A stretch of 64,000 nucleotides of DNA from a virus: the IMG/VR virus record IMGVR_UViG_3300025892_000010; one strand, 5' to 3'. A program made the position numbers and the translations under genes. Positions 54,793-64,000 of the stretch are shown here, one piece after another (position 1 is the stretch's first letter; every line of letters begins with the position of its first letter). A model generated the notes under the pieces. That model saw nothing but the letters and a program-made list of their open reading frames with translations, searched no databases and was not told the DNA's origin.

Positions 54793-56266
54793 TGTCTATC
54801 TCTACGTTGTGAATTTCATAATCAAAGTCTTCGCCGTTGTATATATTTATCCGTTCTCTAAAGTGTGCCAAAGTATAGTTTTCCTTTTCATTATAAGTTA
54901 AATCGTCTGCGACATCATACAAAGTTGCGTGTGAATTATTATCTTTTAATCGGAGACCTCTACCTATTGATTGTAAGTTTCTTATCCTGGATTTACTAGG
55001 ACTAGCAAAAATAATGTTATGCAAATTCCTAATATTAATGCCGGTACTGAAAGTCCCATAACTCGCAACGATAATAGAGTTGTCAGACTTTTCTGTAAGT
55101 TCTCTAATACGTTCTCTTTCTTCGGTATCAACACCACCATAAACATAAAAAACCTGTTTATCAGTAGCCTTATCTTTAATTGCTTCATACAAATCCTTTC
55201 CGTGTTTTTCTACATATTGAAACAAACATAGTGTATTGCCTTGTAGGCCAGAGGCCAAATTTCTTATGTACTTATTTCTTTTTTCGTGAGAGACTAAAAA
55301 GTCCATTTCTTCTTGATATGTTTTACCTTTAATAAATTCTCTTTCTTGTTTACCGTGTTGTAAGACCAAACAATATATTTTGAGGTCAGCTAGTTTTCCC
55401 TTTTCCTGAAGTTCAGTTGTGGATACTACCTTATTTACAGCACCAAACAAACCCTCTAATACTAATTTGTGTGTTTTACTACCATCTAAAGTACCTGTCA
55501 TTCCTACTCTATATGGACATTTTACTAACTTGGTCATTATCTTTGTTAATGATATTGCTTTAAATAAGTGTGCTTCATCACCAATAATCATACCAAATTG
55601 TTGAAACCATTTTTTAGGTTGATTGTATATAGATTGCCAAGTAGATATTATAATAGACTTGTTTGTTTCTTTTTCGTGACCTTGATATATTCTATGTACA
55701 TTTTTTTCAGGCGACCAACCATAATCTTTAAAATCTTTAAACAATTGTTCTACTAATGATGTTGTTGGTACAATAATTAATATTTTTTTATTGTTCTCTT
55801 TTAATCTTAATATATTAAATCTTACCAATAGATAAGTTATCAGAGATTTACCAGAGGCAGTTGGCGACAATAACAAGCACCTATTTGTTCTTGTTGCATA
55901 TACAAATGCCTCTTTTTGGTAATCTCTAACTTTGAAAGGTATCTTTAAGGCTTCAATAAACTTATTAACTTTTTTATCATCAACCTTTGTTTCAGTAATT
56001 TTTGTTCCGTCAACTACTTCTATTTGATTGTCTTTACACCATTGTAATATGTAAAGATAAAGACCAGCATATATCTGTCCTGTTTGATAAGAGAATAATC
56101 TAATTTTACCGTCCCATTGTCTTGCCCTATATTGAGGCATAAACTTAAAACCTGGCACTTCAAACGTAAAGAATTCTCCTAACTCTCTACGAATAGAATC
56201 ATCAGCTTCAATTTTTAGGTAAACATCATCCTTCTTATCAATGATAAGGTATCTTACATTGGTCAT
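54776..56266 (-). CDS. uvsW: Helicase UvsW
   Basis: PTASGKS, DEAH, QSIGRGLR. Confidence 0.93.
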   Translation of the reverse strand: MTNVRYLIIDKKDDVYLKIEADDSIRRELGEFFTFEVPGFKFMPQYRARQWDGKIRLFSYQTGQIYAGLYLYILQWCKDNQIEVVDGTKITETKVDDKKVNKFIEALKIPFKVRDYQKEAFVYATRTNRCLLLSPTASGKSLITYLLVRFNILRLKENNKKILIIVPTTSLVEQLFKDFKDYGWSPEKNVHRIYQGHEKETNKSIIISTWQSIYNQPKKWFQQFGMIIGDEAHLFKAISLTKIMTKLVKCPYRVGMTGTLDGSKTHKLVLEGLFGAVNKVVSTTELQEKGKLADLKIYCLVLQHGKQEREFIKGKTYQEEMDFLVSHEKRNKYIRNLASGLQGNTLCLFQYVEKHGKDLYEAIKDKATDKQVFYVYGGVDTEERERIRELTEKSDNSIIVASYGTFSTGINIRNLHNIIFASPSKSRIRNLQSIGRGLRLKDNNSHATLYDVADDLTYNEKENYTLAHFRERINIYNGEDFDYEIHNVEIDNAPRD

Positions 56267-56694
56267 TAAATAGCGCCGCTAGTAAACTTACGCCACTCAA
56301 TCGCATTTTTTATTGTAAAGGTTCTATTTGAAATTTGTCTAATAGTTTTGTCTAAAAAATCTGTGGTGGTTTGTAAGTAATCTACTTTTTGTTTTGCACG
56401 TTGTATCTCTTCATCTGAATCAAGATACTTGTCAACGTCTTGTCTTAATAATTTAAAGTTAAAAGGTTTCTTTGCATATACTGAAGCGTCTGATTTGCCT
56501 GTATAATATTCCCACTTATCTCTTTTAATAGTGTGAAGTTCAGACTCAGCTCTACTTAACATAAGTTTATACTTTGTCAAGTGTTTCATATATGTGTTGT
56601 GTAATTGAGGTGTTTTTAAAGATTCTAAATCTAATTCAGTATCGTTTAATTTTAAATCTTTATCAACTTGTTCTTGTAGTTTTTCTAAATCCAT
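56266..56694 (-). CDS. uvsY: Recombination mediator UvsY
   Basis: WEYYTGK...IKNAIEW; position. Confidence 0.85.
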   Translation of the reverse strand: MDLEKLQEQVDKDLKLNDTELDLESLKTPQLHNTYMKHLTKYKLMLSRAESELHTIKRDKWEYYTGKSDASVYAKKPFNFKLLRQDVDKYLDSDEEIQRAKQKVDYLQTTTDFLDKTIRQISNRTFTIKNAIEWRKFTSGAI

Positions 56695-56739
56695 AATGTA
56701 TCCAATCTATCATAATTTACTCAAAAAGTAAAGTCTGGT

Positions 56740-57363
56740 TTAACTTATTGTATCTAAAGTTTTTCCACCTTTTACAGCGAATTCGTATATCTTATATTTA
56801 AATGTAACCGTTGCCGATAGATATGCTACATCATCAGCTTGTTGATTAAAGTTTAGTCCTGACAAACTAATAGGAAAAACATCACTAAAACGTACTTCAA
56901 TATTGTGTCTATTTTTACTAGATAATACGTTTAAAGTTGCGTCTGAAAAAGCAGGACCCATTGGCGTAGCACCACCTGTTACCTTACCGGGGTCTGTAAT
57001 TTTTTGACTAGAACCTTGCAAAGGAAATCTATCAGCACCTGATTTGATTAAATCTGCGAATTGTGTTCTTGACTTTGGAAATCCTAACCCCATCATCCAA
57101 CCGTGTATTTCTCGGTAGTTTTCTAAATTCTCATCTACCATAAACGTACACTCTAGGTCACCAAAAGTAATCTTTTCTCCTGGTACAGGTATATCTGCAA
57201 GAGGAGTAGGTTGTTTAATATCATTTAAATTAATAGAGGGTATATTAGCAGCCGTACAAAAGTATTCTACTTTAGGTAATTTGATAATAGAAAATTTAAA
57301 CTGCGTTGGAGCAGCTAAATCTAATTTAGTTGGTTGTCTTGATAATGCGTTAGTTGTTGTCAT
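56740..57363 (-). CDS. gp3: Tail tube terminator/completion protein (gp3)
   Basis: FMVDENLENY, FPISLS; position after gp23. Confidence 0.8.
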   Translation of the reverse strand: MTTTNALSRQPTKLDLAAPTQFKFSIIKLPKVEYFCTAANIPSINLNDIKQPTPLADIPVPGEKITFGDLECTFMVDENLENYREIHGWMMGLGFPKSRTQFADLIKSGADRFPLQGSSQKITDPGKVTGGATPMGPAFSDATLNVLSSKNRHNIEVRFSDVFPISLSGLNFNQQADDVAYLSATVTFKYKIYEFAVKGGKTLDTIS

Positions 57364-57393
57364 ATGGATATTTATCCATCCTGGAGGAAGGCC

Positions 57394-57423
57394 AAAAAAA
57401 AGGGCGGATAAACCGCCCTTTTT
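57394..57423 (-). terminator. Intrinsic terminator after gp23
   Basis: AGGGCGG-TTTAT-CCGCCCT followed by a T run; A/T runs on both sides. Confidence 0.85.
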
Positions 57424-57450
57424 CTGAAGTTTGTACTTCGCAAAGTAAAA

Positions 57451-58788
57451 TTACATTAAGTTTGCAACTTGTACTTTTTGGTAGTATCTGTTAGAGTTTG
57501 CTGAACCAGCGTCATTTACTGCTGAAGCAGCACCTGAAATTGCACCAGTTTCGGCAAATGGGTTCGCTACTAGACCGTATCTAGTTTTGAAACCAATTTT
57601 AGGTTGGAAAGTATCTTGACCAACTGCTCTAACCATTTGTAGAGGTACATATGGACAATAGAACATACCAGCGTCATAAGGTGAAGTACCTTTATAACCA
57701 ACTACGTAGTATTGTTTCGCCGAAGAGTTTGCACTATACGGGTCAATGTACACTTTGTATCTACCGTTAAGAACACCAGCAAAAGTATTACCAGTATCGT
57801 CAACGTTTAGGTTGTTGTTAAGAGCAGGAGTATAGTCTAATACACCAGCCATTTGAAGAGCAGAAGCGACATCTGAAGAACAGATAATCATATTTCCTTT
57901 TCCTCTTCTTGTTCTCTGAGCGATTCTGTTTGCGTCTCTTTCCAATTGGAACATAAGACCTTTGAATCTCTCAACAGACCATCTACCATTTGAGTCTGTG
58001 TCTAAATCAAAGATACCAGCAGTTGTTGTATTTACAGCAGCGCCTTTTTCAGCGTTAATGTAGATAGTTCTAACTACTTCTCTATTGATTTCAGCCAAGA
58101 TTTCAGCAGATAAGATGTTTGCTAACTCTGTTTCAGCGTCTAAACCGTGGATTGCTTTTAAGTCTTGAGCAAGTTCCATAGTGTATTCAGCTTTAAGAGC
58201 TCTTGATTTAGCAGTTACCGTAGATTTCTCAATTGAGAAAGCCATTTCAGCAAATGCGTTACCACTAGCGTCACCCAATGCTTCAGCAGCTGCTGTAGTC
58301 ATTGCTGTACCTTTTGTGTAAGTACCTGGTGAACCGTCATTTAAGACAGCTGGGTTAGTACCGGCGTTAGCAGTAGTTGAATAACCATCTACAGCTGAAC
58401 CAGCAGCGTTTCTACCAGAGAAATCAGTATCAGCTTCGTCAAACATAGCTTCTTGACCAGTTTGTGAAGTGTATCTGCTTCTCATAGCAAATATAAGACC
58501 AGTTGGACCGGTCATAGGTTGAACACCTGCAATATCGTAAGCGATAAGGTTAGGCATTGCTCTTCTTACTAAACTAATTAGGATTGGATCCCAGTTAGAT
58601 ACAGCTGAACCAGTTGAGTTTGTTGGTGCAGCTTCAGATAAGAACGCATTGTCTTCCTTAGCAGCTCTTTCTTGGTTTTCCAAGATAACAGAGGTGACGG
58701 CACGTCTATAAGAATCCGTGATTTTTGGTAAATCAGGATGCTCAAGGACTGGCTGCCATTTTTTTTCGTGAGTTTCGGATAAGTACAT
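57451..58788 (-). CDS. gp23: Major capsid protein (gp23)
   Basis: VQPMTGPTG, KSRALKAEYT, FQPKIGFKTRYG. Confidence 0.97.
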   Translation of the reverse strand: MYLSETHEKKWQPVLEHPDLPKITDSYRRAVTSVILENQERAAKEDNAFLSEAAPTNSTGSAVSNWDPILISLVRRAMPNLIAYDIAGVQPMTGPTGLIFAMRSRYTSQTGQEAMFDEADTDFSGRNAAGSAVDGYSTTANAGTNPAVLNDGSPGTYTKGTAMTTAAAEALGDASGNAFAEMAFSIEKSTVTAKSRALKAEYTMELAQDLKAIHGLDAETELANILSAEILAEINREVVRTIYINAEKGAAVNTTTAGIFDLDTDSNGRWSVERFKGLMFQLERDANRIAQRTRRGKGNMIICSSDVASALQMAGVLDYTPALNNNLNVDDTGNTFAGVLNGRYKVYIDPYSANSSAKQYYVVGYKGTSPYDAGMFYCPYVPLQMVRAVGQDTFQPKIGFKTRYGLVANPFAETGAISGAASAVNDAGSANSNRYYQKVQVANLM

Positions 58789-58812
58789 TGTTTATTTCTC
58801 CCTTTTCCTTGA

Positions 58813-59997
58813 TTAAGATATTTTAATATCTTTTGTTTTGCTAATAGCGGCAGTGTAAGCAGCCATCGCTTTTGATAAATCCTCATTACTTAATGAAGTT
58901 TCACCAGCAGCCGCCACATCATCTAAAGCCTCATCTGCTTTTGCTTTTTGTCCAAAGTATGATTCTTTGATAGTCTCACACTTTTTCTTAAAATCTTCAG
59001 CAGTTGAGTATTCAATCTCTTCAGCAAGTTTAGCAAATTTTTCTTTTTGAGTGTCTGCTAAATCATTAGCAACTTCAGCCATAATCTCTTTTTGAGATTT
59101 TACTGAATTGTCTTTGTTTAGTTCAACATTCTTTTCAATTTGCTCGTTTAACTTTGACTCTAATGTCTCAATTTTAGTTGCTTGCGCTTCTAAAACATCA
59201 TACTTCTCATCTGGAACATCAATATAATGTTCGCTGAAAAGTTTTTTAAGACCAGAGATAAAGTCTTCAGCAATCTCGCCTTTAATACCTCGTTCAAGAG
59301 CGATTTCGTTTTCTTTCATCCACTCTTCAACAACGTAAGACAAGTAAGAGTCAACTTTTTCAGTTAATTCTTCTTTTGCTTTTGCACTTTCTTGCTCTAA
59401 TTTGTTGTTATAATCTGCTTCCATTGATTCAGCAATTTCACCAACTTTTGATTTAATTGCAGCTTCAAAAACGGTAGCAGCTTTTGTTTTAAATTCTTCT
59501 GATAAATCATTTTCGCCATTTACAAGAGCGTCAACGTGCTCTGAAACATCAATGTCTTCTTTTGCATAAGAAGCCATTTTCATTTTCATTGCAGGTTTTT
59601 TCTCTTTGTCTTCAGCGTCAGCTTCTTCAGACTTTTCTTTTTTATCTTGCGATTTTTTAAGAGCGTCTAAAGCTGCTTTAGGCATTTCGCCTTCTTTGAT
59701 TTCAGAACCTTCTTCAGTTTCTTCGCTCTCTTTTAACTTCGGCATAGGGTCAGCTGCGCCTTGGCTTTTTTGTTGAGCGTCACCAGAAACTTGTTTAGTT
59801 TTTTTCGTAGCGTCTGGATTGCTGTCTGTTGGTTTAACAACAGCTGCACCTAAATCCTCTGCATTATTCATACTTGCAATGTGAGAAGGTTCAGCCGCAA
59901 CAGCATTTTTCTTCGGAGCATCCGCTTGTGGGTTAGCACTTGCTTCAGCAACCGCTGATTTTTCCAAAGCCTCTACTTTATTGTCTGTCTCGGCCAT
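58813..59997 (-). CDS. gp22: Prohead core scaffold protein (gp22)
   Basis: FEAA...KVDSYL.YVVEEW; late promoter at 60054-60061. Confidence 0.9.
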   Translation of the reverse strand: MAETDNKVEALEKSAVAEASANPQADAPKKNAVAAEPSHIASMNNAEDLGAAVVKPTDSNPDATKKTKQVSGDAQQKSQGAADPMPKLKESEETEEGSEIKEGEMPKAALDALKKSQDKKEKSEEADAEDKEKKPAMKMKMASYAKEDIDVSEHVDALVNGENDLSEEFKTKAATVFEAAIKSKVGEIAESMEADYNNKLEQESAKAKEELTEKVDSYLSYVVEEWMKENEIALERGIKGEIAEDFISGLKKLFSEHYIDVPDEKYDVLEAQATKIETLESKLNEQIEKNVELNKDNSVKSQKEIMAEVANDLADTQKEKFAKLAEEIEYSTAEDFKKKCETIKESYFGQKAKADEALDDVAAAGETSLSNEDLSKAMAAYTAAISKTKDIKIS

Positions 59998-60064
59998 TTT
60001 AGAAATCTCCTTATTCTTTATTAAAATAAACGTTTATTTTATTCTCTGTAAGATATTTATAATA

Positions 60065-60709
60065 TTAGAGCTTTTTAAGAAAGGTTTTAAACACTTCCGC
60101 CTTAGCTTCTGCTAATTGGATTGATTTTGCCTTCTCAATATATCTCTTATATTCTTCAATATCCTGTACCTTAATCTGACCATTGTCCCATATCCACTCT
60201 CTATTCTCCATAATACCCTCTACGAAAGCGTCTGGAGCGCTTGGGTCTGCAACAATGTCAGCCGCCGTTGCTAAATAGAAGTCTTTACCTACATAATTAG
60301 CACCGTTCTTTGTAACCAAGGAACCCATACCTCTTGATGATACACCCAATTGAGCGCCTTCATCAATAAGACCTTTTACAATCTTACCGTAAGGTGTGTT
60401 CATAATCTTGGCTTCACCCATAAAATTTTTACCGTCTGGTGCTAGAGCAGTAACCATATGTGATACTCTCTCTAAATTTACGGTTGGACCATCTGGATGG
60501 CCTAACTCACCGAACGCTCTATTTTTTTGGATAAATTCTCTGTTATATCTGTTTACTTCTTTCGCTAGAATATCATTCTCGTATATTCTTCCATTTCTAT
60601 TCTTGATGTCAGATTGTAGAAAGACACCACGGATTTTGTAATCTTTTTTACCGTTTTTTTCTTCTACAATATACTCTGCCGAAGCAACTTCTTCCGATAT
60701 TAATTTCAT
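60065..60709 (-). CDS. gp21: Prohead protease (gp21)
   Basis: NRNGR, GELGHP, VSSRGMG, DPSAP; late promoter at 60731-60738. Confidence 0.95.
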   Translation of the reverse strand: MKLISEEVASAEYIVEEKNGKKDYKIRGVFLQSDIKNRNGRIYENDILAKEVNRYNREFIQKNRAFGELGHPDGPTVNLERVSHMVTALAPDGKNFMGEAKIMNTPYGKIVKGLIDEGAQLGVSSRGMGSLVTKNGANYVGKDFYLATAADIVADPSAPDAFVEGIMENREWIWDNGQIKVQDIEEYKRYIEKAKSIQLAEAKAEVFKTFLKKL

Positions 60710-60745
60710 TTAGTCTCTCTCTTTGTTATATATTTATAAAGGATT

Positions 60746-61138
60746 TTATCTAAACTCTACAATTATTGTGTAGTTATCGCCTAAAGCAAAGTTTTTAGTA
60801 GATAATAACACATCACCAGTAGGTGTTGTTGCATTATTTGTAATTTCATTGCCGGCTGTTCTTAAATCCCAATAACCATTACCACTTAAAATAGCTGCTG
60901 TAGAATTAGTTTCTCCGTCCCATACCAATTCAACTGCCGATTTAGTATCAGATACATTTATTGAATACCATATCTTTGCAATTTTTCTAGTTGCGTCTTC
61001 GGTCATAAATGTAACCTCTGAAGCGTCAATCTTTTTAACTAAACTCTCGCCTGTGCCATCTGAAAAGTTTGTTAACTTCGCAACGAATTTTACACCTTGC
61101 GTATCAGCTATAGTTTGTGTTGTTACCGTGTCTGCCAT
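60746..61138 (-). CDS. Virion structural protein (beta-rich)
   Basis: In the head cluster; paralog of the adjacent gene. Confidence 0.55.
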   Translation of the reverse strand: MADTVTTQTIADTQGVKFVAKLTNFSDGTGESLVKKIDASEVTFMTEDATRKIAKIWYSINVSDTKSAVELVWDGETNSTAAILSGNGYWDLRTAGNEITNNATTPTGDVLLSTKNFALGDNYTIIVEFR

Positions 61139-61140
61139 TT

Positions 61141-61530
61141 TTATTCCTCAAATCCTGATTCTTTGTGGCACTCTAAACTAATATTAAATTTAGGTACCGT
61201 AGAATCTGCTTGTAATACTACGTTTTGTTCTGCTTCATCAACCAACTTATTTTCTGTTGGTTTAATCCCATAATTTCCTCTACCACTAACAGATAACTCT
61301 TTACTGCCTAGTGTTAGTTTAACATTACCTGTTCCAAATATTTCATAATAAACATTTGCAATACTAATTTTAGGTTGACTAGTTGCGTTATTTAATTTTG
61401 CAACATCAACAACCGTACCACCATCAGATTGTATACCTTTAATGTTTGTTATAACTTTAAAGTTATCATCTGTCTTATGTACAATAGACTTATTCTCTTT
61501 ATCTAAATTATCAAACCAAAGAATAGTCAT
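61141..61530 (-). CDS. Virion structural protein, paralog of 60746-61138
   Basis: IANVYYEI vs IAKIWYSI; SGRGNY vs SGNGYW. Confidence 0.5.
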   Translation of the reverse strand: MTILWFDNLDKENKSIVHKTDDNFKVITNIKGIQSDGGTVVDVAKLNNATSQPKISIANVYYEIFGTGNVKLTLGSKELSVSGRGNYGIKPTENKLVDEAEQNVVLQADSTVPKFNISLECHKESGFEE

Positions 61531-61538
61531 TATAAAAA

Positions 61539-61802
61539 TTAACTCCTTGGTGCTACAGCCGTAGCACTTACAGCACCACTTGATGATAAAGTATCTGTTG
61601 GTGCTTTCTCAATTGTAATCACATCACCAGCTGCGTGTAGATAAACCGTACCTAATGTTGTACTATCACTATTTTTTACGGTAATAGTATTAGTTCCAGC
61701 TGTTGCTGTAATTCTGACAAAATGAGAATTACCTACATTGTTGTCTGATAAAGTTCCTGTGACTGCACTACCTTTAATAATAAATGTTCCTGAATATGCC
61801 AT
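61539..61802 (-). CDS. Small virion (decoration-like) protein
   Basis: 87 aa, T/S/A/G-rich; IEKAPTDTL. Confidence 0.55.
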   Translation of the reverse strand: MAYSGTFIIKGSAVTGTLSDNNVGNSHFVRITATAGTNTITVKNSDSTTLGTVYLHAAGDVITIEKAPTDTLSSSGAVSATAVAPRS

Positions 61803-61816
61803 TGTTTCTCCTCTTA

Positions 61817-62614
61817 TTAATGTCCGTTTGTATCTGAATTATAAAATAAACGACCACTAAAATCTGTTGTTTTACTAATACTAGGTCCTGAAAAACTGAA
61901 AACAGCCGTACCAGGTCCTGTATGATTACCAAATACTGCAAATAATTTATAGTAATTATCTTGTTCTAAATAAAAATTACCACTTCTTTCAGTAGCTCCG
62001 TGTTTACCACCATTATCAACTACAGCATTTGATAAATTAATACCAACTGGTGGATTATCTGCTGAACCACCTAAAAATAAATAACTAGCGTCATCACTAT
62101 TAATAAAAAAAGTAAATGTACCAGTTGCTGGTGCTTTAAAATAACCTATCATAGTATAAGAGGTATTTTCAGGCACCGTTGCACTTCTACTAATACTAGT
62201 CACCGTTGTTGTGGCACTAGGTGATTCTGAACCAGTAAAGTAAGCGTCATATGAAGTTTGGTCATCATAAGGGGTTGTAGTATCAAAAACATATGCACTA
62301 TAAGTTCTTTCAACTGCACCTGCAGCTAAAGTTAAACTATCAGTATCTTCACTACCAACTACTGGCGAACCAGAATAGATTGCTTTATCTGTTGATAATG
62401 AATGAGCAGGTTGTTTTTCAATAACAACTTCCTCACCAACATTTACCAATAAAACAGAACCAATATTAGCATCCGTTTCATCCGTTAATGTTACCGTTGT
62501 ATTAGCATTTACATTAACAAGTTTAGCAAAATGTCTTTTGTTCATATCATTATTAACTAATTGACCTGAAGCGGCTACATCTTTTGCTATAAACCTGTTG
62601 TCTGTATAACTCAT
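61817..62614 (-). CDS. Decoration-like domain fused to a PA14/GLEYA carbohydrate-binding domain
   Basis: GYFKAPATGTFTF.INSDDAS...DNGGKHG. Confidence 0.7.
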   Translation of the reverse strand: MSYTDNRFIAKDVAASGQLVNNDMNKRHFAKLVNVNANTTVTLTDETDANIGSVLLVNVGEEVVIEKQPAHSLSTDKAIYSGSPVVGSEDTDSLTLAAGAVERTYSAYVFDTTTPYDDQTSYDAYFTGSESPSATTTVTSISRSATVPENTSYTMIGYFKAPATGTFTFFINSDDASYLFLGGSADNPPVGINLSNAVVDNGGKHGATERSGNFYLEQDNYYKLFAVFGNHTGPGTAVFSFSGPSISKTTDFSGRLFYNSDTNGH

Positions 62615-62877
62615 AAACCTAATTCCTTATCAATGTAATCATAAATTACATCTGTATTTACTTCGTGCTTAACAGCAACGTTATCAATTGTTGTTTCAAC
62701 TTCCTTGACAACATCATCTGTATCATAATCAACTTGGTTATAAAAATCACTCACCACATCTTTTTGACGTGGCGACAATTTATTAAATGTCTCCGTGTCT
62801 ACCGGTGACTTACTGATTAACTGGCTGACTCTCTGCACTTGGAACCTCGGCTTCAGGTGTAGGTTGTTCGTTACCAT
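62611..62877 (-). CDS. Hypothetical head-region protein (start uncertain)
   Basis: ORF track; coupled to the downstream gene. Confidence 0.5.
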   Translation of the reverse strand: MVTNNLHLKPRFQVQRVSQLISKSPVDTETFNKLSPRQKDVVSDFYNQVDYDTDDVVKEVETTIDNVAVKHEVNTDVIYDYIDKELGL

Positions 62878-63133
62878 TATCAGTAAACTCTATTTCTTGA
62901 CCTGTTGTATCCATAATTTGGTCTGTCTTATCGCTTGGGTCAGTTACCGCCGGTTTAGGGTCGCTATGAGCTTCTGGCTCTACACCACTAAAAATTCTAC
63001 CAGCAATATCTTGTCTTTGTGCGTCAAGTGAAGTTGCTACTTTATCTCTTAATGCGTCTTTAAATGCTTCACCAGCACCTGCATTATCTCCTGTATTCAA
63101 CTTGTTAATAAAGTCTGTTATTTTTTCTGACAT
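62810..63133 (-). CDS. Prohead core protein-like (gp67 position)
   Basis: Acidic 107-aa protein directly after the portal gene. Confidence 0.55.
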   Translation of the reverse strand: MSEKITDFINKLNTGDNAGAGEAFKDALRDKVATSLDAQRQDIAGRIFSGVEPEAHSDPKPAVTDPSDKTDQIMDTTGQEIEFTDNGNEQPTPEAEVPSAESQPVNQ

Positions 63134-63143
63134 AATTTATCTC

Positions 63144-64000
63144 CTATTTGATTTCTCTAGTATATTCGCCTGTGTCTGGCATTGAAATTATACCGTCATC
63201 AATTTCTTTCCTAATTTGTTTATCTATATCTGCTATTTCTCTATCTGTTTGTCTTAATACATTCTTTCTAACAAACTCCACAGAGAAGTATTTACCAACA
63301 TAATCTCTCATTGAATCGGCCAATCTCAATCTTTCCATTAACATTTCTGACTCTTTCAATTCTGCAAAATGTCCATCTTGTAAAAAATTATATTGTATAT
63401 TGTCTCTTAATGTAGCCCATTCTGGTTCTGCAATTACACCTTTTAATACTAATTGAGTTTTTAAAATGTCATTAAAGAGTTCAGTAAATTTCTTTCTTAA
63501 TCTTTGTACAAATTTTGTAAACTTCAATTCGTCTCTTGTAATTTCAGTTGAACGGCCTAAATTAAATCCTGAAGAAGACTCTAATCTACTTACAGGTACA
63601 TTTAAAGAACGATAAAGTTTACTTCTAAAGTATTCTATATCGTTAATTTCTCCTAGATTTTGACCACCTGGTAAAGTATCTATTTGTGTACCTCTACCGC
63701 CTTCTCTACTTGGTAACCAGAAATCTTCCAACATAGACATATAGTTTCTGTCGTCTCTGATTTCACCTGTGTTTGCGTCATAGACAAGTTTGTTTCTGTA
63801 TCTTGCCATAACATCACGTAGATATTGTTCAGCTTTTGCTTTAGGTAAATTACCAACATCAATCTTAAATATTCTTCTTTCAGGCGCTCTTGCAATTCTG
63901 TAAATAACAGAAGCGTCTTCAATCATTCTTAATTGATTAACTGGTTTAATTGCCTTATGCAAATAAGATAATACTAGATTTTTGTTTTGGTCAATTATAC
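63144..64000 (-). CDS. gp20: Portal protein (gp20), 5' part outside the window
   Basis: RAPERRIF, EDFWLP.REGGRGT, EITRDE. Confidence 0.95.
   Translation of the reverse strand, partial: IIDQNKNLVLSYLHKAIKPVNQLRMIEDASVIYRIARAPERRIFKIDVGNLPKAKAEQYLRDVMARYRNKLVYDANTGEIRDDRNYMSMLEDFWLPSREGGRGTQIDTLPGGQNLGEINDIEYFRSKLYRSLNVPVSRLESSSGFNLGRSTEITRDELKFTKFVQRLRKKFTELFNDILKTQLVLKGVIAEPEWATLRDNIQYNFLQDGHFAELKESEMLMERLRLADSMRDYVGKYFSVEFVRKNVLRQTDREIADIDKQIRKEIDDGIISMPDTGEYTREIK

Noticed and set aside
1-64000. CRISPR array, integrase, transposase, DGR reverse transcriptase
   Set aside because: No regularly spaced repeats or corresponding protein motifs seen.
1-64000. Genome-wide stop-codon reassignment
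   Set aside because: Core genes translate full length with the standard code, and TAA, TAG and TGA all terminate genes.

Overview
A 64-kb segment of an AT-rich T4-like (myovirus) phage genome, with essentially all genes on the minus strand. Read in transcription order (64000 to 1), it contains: head genes (gp20 partial, gp21, gp22, gp23); gp3, uvsY, uvsW, gp55, gp47/46; an early block (peptide deformylase, DUF4338-like gene, MazG-like gene, VWA plus MoxR/CobS AAA+, bS21, Hsp20, tRNA); replication genes (gp45, 44, 62, regA, RimK fusion, ferredoxin, gp43, MT-A70 methyltransferase, thyX, uvsX, gp41); a late block of probable head-packaged proteins and nucleotide-transfer enzymes; a spanin/membrane/exported-protein block; then primase, nrdA/nrdB, a RuvC-like nuclease and glycosyl/methyltransferases. 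The host is inferred to be a marine alphaproteobacterium (SAR11-like), from low GC, bS21/PDF/Hsp20/adrenodoxin-type ferredoxin, and alpha-type LexA and RpoH motifs. Most notable observations: (1) a 3'-UTR element antisense to a ribosome-binding motif shared by three early genes; (2) an A10 slippery run whose -1 frame adds a transmembrane anchor to a secreted protein within a late exported-protein module; (3) a set of capsid-targeted cargo proteins, including an RNA-ligase-like/kinase/nucleotidyltransferase cassette and a probably protease-diced polyprotein; (4) a tRNA-Gly with anticodon ACC and a co-varied elbow; (5) a roughly 340-nt pseudoknot-rich RNA between bS21 and hsp20. All family calls come from motif recognition by eye; no database searches were run.
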